Source: an uncultured Candidatus Binatia bacterium (GTDB lineage: Bacteria; Desulfobacterota; Binatia; UBA9968; JAJDTQ01). Taken from it: DNA of 64,000 nucleotides. The notes beneath the pieces were generated by a model. That model was not told the origin of the DNA. It did not search any database and worked only from the letters and a program-made list of their open reading frames with translations. Within the stretch, counting starts at the first letter, position 1. Each line of letters begins with the position of its first letter. A program made the translations under genes and the position numbers. Of this stretch, positions 59,180 through 64,000 are shown piece by piece. The DNA is taken from NCBI GenBank assembly GCA_965213675.1, contig OZ243916.1:640001-704000 (forward strand), in the 5' to 3' direction.

Positions 59180-59385
59180 CGGCCCTGGATGGAACGCCAC
59201 GACCGGGCGTTCATGACCGAAGCGGAACGGCGCAGCGTCCGCGCCCACTGCCCGCCGTGGTGGGCGAGGCCGTCCAGCAACACAACGGACCGTGCCACCG
59301 CGTCCTTGCCGCGGCTTCTGCATGAGCGCATGGACCCGCCTGGGCATTGATTTCGCCGTGCTCTATCCCACGGAGGGTCTGGCCG
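59180..59385 (+). pseudogene. Internal fragment of a further amidohydrolase, with a frameshift
   Basis: ...PPWWARPSSNTTDRATASLPRLLHERMD / RLGIDFAVLYPTEGL joined by a +1 shift near 59336; matches the MDxxGxDxxVxYPT motif of its neighbours; no DxDxH start or C-terminus. Confidence 0.7.
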
Positions 59386-59435
59386 GCAGAACCGTTTCAA
59401 CTGATTCGAACGGGAGACAGGGAAGGGGAAGGTTC

Positions 59436-60542
59436 ATGAAGGACGGATTGAAGGTCATGGATTCGGATATGCACGTGCGCGAGCCCGCGGATCTCTGGGA
59501 GAAATACCTGGAGCCCGAGTGGCGCGACCGGGGACCCAGGATTCTCAGTGCCACCACCCGCAGCTCGGCCATGGTCTTGCTCGACGGCAAGATTCTCAAG
59601 GGCTATCCGCCAGCGTACCGCGGCGGCATCTTCGACGCCACCCGCATCGACGCCGAGATCGCCGGCGCCCGCGCCCGGGGTTTTGACGGCGTGTCCCAAC
59701 TCGACGCCATGGAGAAGGAGGGACTCGACCTCGCCGTGATGTTTCCGTCCATCGGCCTGGGTGTCATGATGCGCGACGACATGGAGCCCAAGCTCGGGGC
59801 CGCGGTGGCGCGAGCCTACAACAATTGGCTCCACGACTTCTGCCAGACCGACCCGGCGCGCATGAAAGGCGCCGCCATGCTTTCGCTCCACGACGTCACC
59901 GAGGCCGCCCGTGAGGCCAGGCGGGCGGTGGAGGAACTGGGCTTCGTGGCCGTGTTCGCGCGCCCCGAACCGCTGCGCTCGCTGCCCTGGCACTCTCGCT
60001 ACTACGACATGCTGTGGTCCACTCTGGAGGAGCTGGGCATTCCCATCGGCTTTCATTCGGCGGCCTCCGCGGGGGAGGTGCGGCAGATGGGCGACCTGTT
60101 CGGCGACGACCTGCTGCTGCGGCACATCTGCGAGCACCCCATGTCCAACATGATGGCCATGGTGGACGTCATAGGCGGCGGCGTGCTGGAGCGCCACCCC
60201 AGGCTCAAGGTAGCCTTCCTCGAATGCTACTGCGGCTGGGTCTCCTTCATGCTTCACCGCATGGACGGCGCCATGGACAAGGCGCGGCACCCCAACGTCT
60301 CGGAGCTCAGGCCCAGCGAGTTCTTCAAACGCCAGTGCTGGATCTCCACCGAGTCGGAGAAGGAACTCCCCATGATCGCCGAGCTCATCGGTGACGACAA
60401 CATCGTCTACTCCACCGACTATCCCCACGGCGACTCGGACTTTCCCCACGCGGTGGAAGAGTTTCTGGAAGTGGAAGGCGTTTCGCGGGAGACGAAGCGA
60501 AAGATCCTCTGGGACAACTGCGCGCGGCTGTATGATCTGTGA
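59436..60542 (+). CDS. Amidohydrolase_2 family protein (8 of 9)
   Basis: MDSDMH, RAYNNW, IGFHS, FLECYCGW, YSTDYPH. Confidence 0.9.
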   Translation: MKDGLKVMDSDMHVREPADLWEKYLEPEWRDRGPRILSATTRSSAMVLLDGKILKGYPPAYRGGIFDATRIDAEIAGARARGFDGVSQLDAMEKEGLDLAVMFPSIGLGVMMRDDMEPKLGAAVARAYNNWLHDFCQTDPARMKGAAMLSLHDVTEAAREARRAVEELGFVAVFARPEPLRSLPWHSRYYDMLWSTLEELGIPIGFHSAASAGEVRQMGDLFGDDLLLRHICEHPMSNMMAMVDVIGGGVLERHPRLKVAFLECYCGWVSFMLHRMDGAMDKARHPNVSELRPSEFFKRQCWISTESEKELPMIAELIGDDNIVYSTDYPHGDSDFPHAVEEFLEVEGVSRETKRKILWDNCARLYDL

Positions 60543-60622
60543 ACGCTGATCGAGTCGGGGAGTCCCGGTAAGCCATCTCTGGCGGAATTCTGCAGTGGTG
60601 AGATGTGCGGAGGGACGCCAGA

Positions 60623-61786
60623 TTAGACCAATTTCTGCTTTCGCTGGTCCTCGTACGCCGCCGTGGCCGCGGCGACTCCCTCCATCGCGGCGGCGCGGAA
60701 TTCCGGTTGGCGCCTTGCGGCCGCGTCGTAGCTGGTTTGCCGGCCTTCGAACTGGCCCTGGAAGTGCGGTACCACGTGCCGGGCGAACAATTCGTAGCTG
60801 CGCCGGGTGGCGTCCCAGTCGGCCCAGTCGTGGCACATGAACAGCACGACGCCGAAGCCGCCGGTGCCGGCCTGCATGCGCTCGATTTCGCGGATGGCGT
60901 CGTCGGGGGCACCGATGATGGCGCGGCCGGACTCGACGATGAACTTGCGGGTGTCGGTGACCTCCTTGGGGACGGTTTGGTTGGGGAGCACGTCACGGGC
61001 ATAGCCGCCCCAGGCGTCGATGCCGAAGCGCACATCCTCCATGGCCTGGGCGCGCGTGTCGGCGAGGTGCATCTGCACGGCGATGCGGAAGTGTCCGCGG
61101 TCGGCCACGCGGCCCGCGCCGGCCGCGGCCTCTTCGTAAATCCCCCAGTTGCGCGCATAGACGGCCAGTGCGTCGTCGGAGTGCCCACCCAGGGACAACA
61201 GGCCCAATCCGTGACGCCCGGCGAGCAGCGCGCCCGCGGGGGATCGGATGGTGGTGACCGCCATGTCCATCCGCGGCCGGGTGAAGGATGCGTGTTGCAG
61301 CCTGGCCTGGTCCAGGGTGAACCAGTCGGTGCTGGCGCTCACGCGCTCGCCCTCCAGTAGCGGGATGATGACGTCCAGCGCCTCGTTCATCATGCGCCGG
61401 GTGCGGCGCGGGTCGATGCCCATCTGCGTGGCGTCCGAGGGCAGGGCGCCCGGTCCCACGCCGAACATGGCGCGCCCGCGGGTCATGTGGTCGAGCTGCA
61501 CCATGGTGTCGGCGACCATGAAGGGGTGCGCGTAGGGCAGGGACTTCACGCCCGTGCCGAGGCGGATGCGCCGGGTCTCCCGGGCCGCCGCCGCGATGAG
61601 AAGTTCCGGCGCGGCGATGGTTTCGAATCCGCCCGAGTGGTGCTCGCCTATCCACGCCTCGTCGTAGCCCAGGCGATCCAGCAGCGCGATGAGTTCGAGG
61701 TCGCGTTCGAACAGGAGGGTGGGGTTCTCGTTCAGCGCATGGAAGGGCGCCAGGAAAACCCCGAAACGGAGCATGGTATCAGACAC
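60623..61786 (-). CDS. LLM-class flavin-dependent monooxygenase (limonene monooxygenase-like)
   Basis: RFGVFLAPFH, EAWIGEHHSGG, IRLGTGV, GVGPGALPSD; start GTG 61786 or ATG 61774. Confidence 0.9.
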   Translation of the reverse strand: MSDTMLRFGVFLAPFHALNENPTLLFERDLELIALLDRLGYDEAWIGEHHSGGFETIAAPELLIAAAARETRRIRLGTGVKSLPYAHPFMVADTMVQLDHMTRGRAMFGVGPGALPSDATQMGIDPRRTRRMMNEALDVIIPLLEGERVSASTDWFTLDQARLQHASFTRPRMDMAVTTIRSPAGALLAGRHGLGLLSLGGHSDDALAVYARNWGIYEEAAAGAGRVADRGHFRIAVQMHLADTRAQAMEDVRFGIDAWGGYARDVLPNQTVPKEVTDTRKFIVESGRAIIGAPDDAIREIERMQAGTGGFGVVLFMCHDWADWDATRRSYELFARHVVPHFQGQFEGRQTSYDAAARRQPEFRAAAMEGVAAATAAYEDQRKQKLV

Positions 61787-61830
61787 GCGGAAGTTCTCCC
61801 TTCGTCGCCGGGTTTCGGTGTCGTGGAAAC

Positions 61831-62967
61831 CTACGCATCGATGCCGTAGAAATTCACGCAGTTGTCCCACAGGATCTTGCGCGCGTGCTCTACCGGCAAT
61901 TCCTGCTGGAGGAAGGCGTCCACGGCGTGGGGGAACTCCGAATCGCTGTGGGGGTAATCGGAGGAGAAGACGATATTATCGTCGCCCATGAGTTGGATGA
62001 CCGAGCCCACTTCGCGCTCCTCGCCCTCGCAGCCGACCACGCACTGCCGTTTGAAGTATTCGCTGGGCTTCATGGTGAGCAGCGGCGCGTCCGCGGCGCC
62101 CAACTGCTCCCAGTGCGTATCCATGCGGCTCAGCCATGACGGCGTCCAACCGCAGTTGCACTCCAGGAAGGCCACCTTGAGTTCGGGGAAGCGCTCCAGC
62201 ACGCCACCGACGATGATGTCCACCATGGTAACCATCTGGCCCGTCACATGGCTGCAGATGTGGCGCATGAGACGGTTGTTCTGGCCGAAACGTTCGATGT
62301 GCGGGTAGTAGCCGGAGTTGGTGCACTCGTGGAAGCCCACGGGCATGCCCAGCGCCTCCAACTCCGCCCACAGCGGCTCCCAGTAGAGCCCGAACCAAGT
62401 GTCGCCGGGGAGCGGCGTGGCCCGCAGGAAGGCGGTGACGAACCCCAGATCCTTGGCCGCGCGCCGGGCTTCGCGCACTGCCAGGGATACGTCGTGGGGC
62501 GGCAGCATGGCGGCGCCCTTGAGGCGCGTCGGGTTTTCCTGGCAGAAGTCGTAGAGCCAGTTGTTGTAGGCGCGGCAGATGGCTTCGGCCAGAAGCGGGT
62601 CCATGTCCGGCACGGTCATGATGTGCAGGCACGCGGTGGGGAACAGCACCGCCACGTCCAGTCCTTCGATGTCCATGGCCTGGAGCTGGGACCTGGGACT
62701 GAAGCCTTGCTCCCGCGCGAAGCTGATCACGTCCTCGCGTTTGTGCGCGCGCCGCTTGCCGATCATGCGCGCGTCGTTCGCGAGGGAGGGGCTCTTGGCC
62801 CTTGGCTCCTTGCCATCCAGGAGCAAGAGATTGAAATCGCCCCGGCTGGGAACGTTCACGACCCGCGGCGCATGCTGCTTGAAAGGCGGGTCCACGTAGT
62901 TCTCCCAGAGGTCGGGCGGTTCCATGATGTGCATGTCGGAATCGATGATCCTGAGACCGTTCTTCAT
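61831..62967 (-). CDS. Amidohydrolase_2 family protein (9 of 9)
   Basis: IDSDMH, RAYNNW, VGFHE, FLECNCGW, FSSDYPH; AAGGAG RBS. Confidence 0.9.
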   Translation of the reverse strand: MKNGLRIIDSDMHIMEPPDLWENYVDPPFKQHAPRVVNVPSRGDFNLLLLDGKEPRAKSPSLANDARMIGKRRAHKREDVISFAREQGFSPRSQLQAMDIEGLDVAVLFPTACLHIMTVPDMDPLLAEAICRAYNNWLYDFCQENPTRLKGAAMLPPHDVSLAVREARRAAKDLGFVTAFLRATPLPGDTWFGLYWEPLWAELEALGMPVGFHECTNSGYYPHIERFGQNNRLMRHICSHVTGQMVTMVDIIVGGVLERFPELKVAFLECNCGWTPSWLSRMDTHWEQLGAADAPLLTMKPSEYFKRQCVVGCEGEEREVGSVIQLMGDDNIVFSSDYPHSDSEFPHAVDAFLQQELPVEHARKILWDNCVNFYGIDA

Positions 62968-63153
62968 GGGGGTCTCCTTTACGGAAGCGTCGGGTGATTC
63001 AGTCCGCATACCGTTGGCCTTCGCGCGCGTCAAGGCGGCGCCTTTGACTCCCGCGGCGCGCCGTTTCTATAGTGTAGCCAGCGTTGGCTTCCGCTTGTTC
63101 CCGCGCCGGCGTGCGCGGAGCCGACAGGCACACCGTGAAGAAGGAGTGAATGG

Positions 63154-64000
63154 ATGGCACAAGCCCTCGGCGGCATCAGGATTCTCGATCTCAGCAACTA
63201 CATCGCCGGGCCGTTCGCGGCCATGTTGCTGGCGGACATGGGCGCGGCGGTGGTGAAGATCGAGAACACCAACGGCGGCGACCCCTTTCGGAAGTGGGGC
63301 CGGGAGCCGCGCATGTACAGTCCGTTGTTCCGCAGCTACAACCGCAACAAGCGGGCCATGACCCTCAACCTGCGTCACGCCGAAGGCAAGGAGATCTTCC
63401 TGCGCATGGTGGAGGAAGCCGACATCGTCATCGAGAACTATCGGCCGGGGGTCATGGATCGCCTGGAACTCGGTTACGAGCGCCTCAATCAACGGAACCC
63501 GCGACTGATCTACTGCGGCATATCCGCGTTCGGGCAGAGCGGGCCGTACCGGGAGAAGCCGGGCTTCGATACTCTGGGCCAGTGCCTCAGCGGCTTGTTG
63601 AGCCAGATCATCGACCCGAAAAAGCCGCAACCGCCGGGTCTCGCCTTCTCCGACCACCTGGGCGGCATGTTCGCCTGTTACGGCATTCTCGCCGCGCTGA
63701 TGGCTCGGGAGAAGACCGGCAAGGGCCAGAAGGTGGAAACCTCTCTCATGGAGGCGTCCATGGCGTTCATCGGACGCAGCATCATTCAGTACTTCGCCAC
63801 CGGCGATATCCCCAATGTGGAGAGCCGCGGGCGTTCCGCCGGTGTTTTCGCATTGCTGGCGGGTGACGGCCTTCCGTTCGTCATCCACCTCTCGCACCTC
63901 AACAAGTTCTTCGTGGGCCTGACCCGCGCCATCGAACGTTCGGAGCTGGCGGACGATGCGCGGTTCCGGGAACACCCGGACCGACTGGCCCATTACGACG
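63154..64000 (+). CDS. Family III CoA transferase (CaiB/BaiF), 3'-truncated by the window edge
   Basis: Hand translation MAQALGGIRILDLSNYIAGPFAAMLLADMGAAVVKIE...GDPFR, NRNKR, ENYRPG, SAFGQSGP, FSDHLGG; absent from the ORF track because it has no stop. Confidence 0.93.
   Translation, partial: MAQALGGIRILDLSNYIAGPFAAMLLADMGAAVVKIENTNGGDPFRKWGREPRMYSPLFRSYNRNKRAMTLNLRHAEGKEIFLRMVEEADIVIENYRPGVMDRLELGYERLNQRNPRLIYCGISAFGQSGPYREKPGFDTLGQCLSGLLSQIIDPKKPQPPGLAFSDHLGGMFACYGILAALMAREKTGKGQKVETSLMEASMAFIGRSIIQYFATGDIPNVESRGRSAGVFALLAGDGLPFVIHLSHLNKFFVGLTRAIERSELADDARFREHPDRLAHYD

Noticed and set aside
63067-63993. Track ORFs 63067..63993 (-) and 63150..63866 (+)
   Set aside because: Shadow frames; the real gene is the CoA transferase starting at 63154, which runs off the window.

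Overview
High-GC bacterial chromosomal window. The gene content (many amidohydrolase_2 paralogs, tripartite tricarboxylate transporters, a giant Calx-beta adhesin) is suggestive of a Binatia/Deltaproteobacteria-like, possibly sponge-associated organism; this is inference only. Bases 1-15818 are the 5'-truncated end of a giant (>5270 aa) repeat surface protein with a C-terminal outer-membrane beta-barrel that looks longer than a classical autotransporter domain. The rest mixes housekeeping genes (pgsA, tRNA-Gly(GCC), rdgB, thiI, moeB-like, argC, glcDEF) with a dense catabolic repertoire: nine intact DxDxH-type amidohydrolases plus one remnant, two TctC-type receptors with TctA/B, an Opp/Dpp ABC system, two Asp/Glu racemase/maleate-isomerase-like proteins, an LLM monooxygenase and a family III CoA transferase. 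The most notable unannotated structure is a 2114-bp transposase-less IS1595-like cassette (24-bp TIRs, 8-bp target duplication). It carries a HExxH lipoprotein with a TbpB-like C-terminal barrel, an AT-hook microprotein and a small membrane protein. There are also three families of MITE-like elements, one nested in another, and two copies that share a conserved structured core but have divergent self-complementary ends. No CRISPR array, rRNA, integrase or transposase gene is visible.
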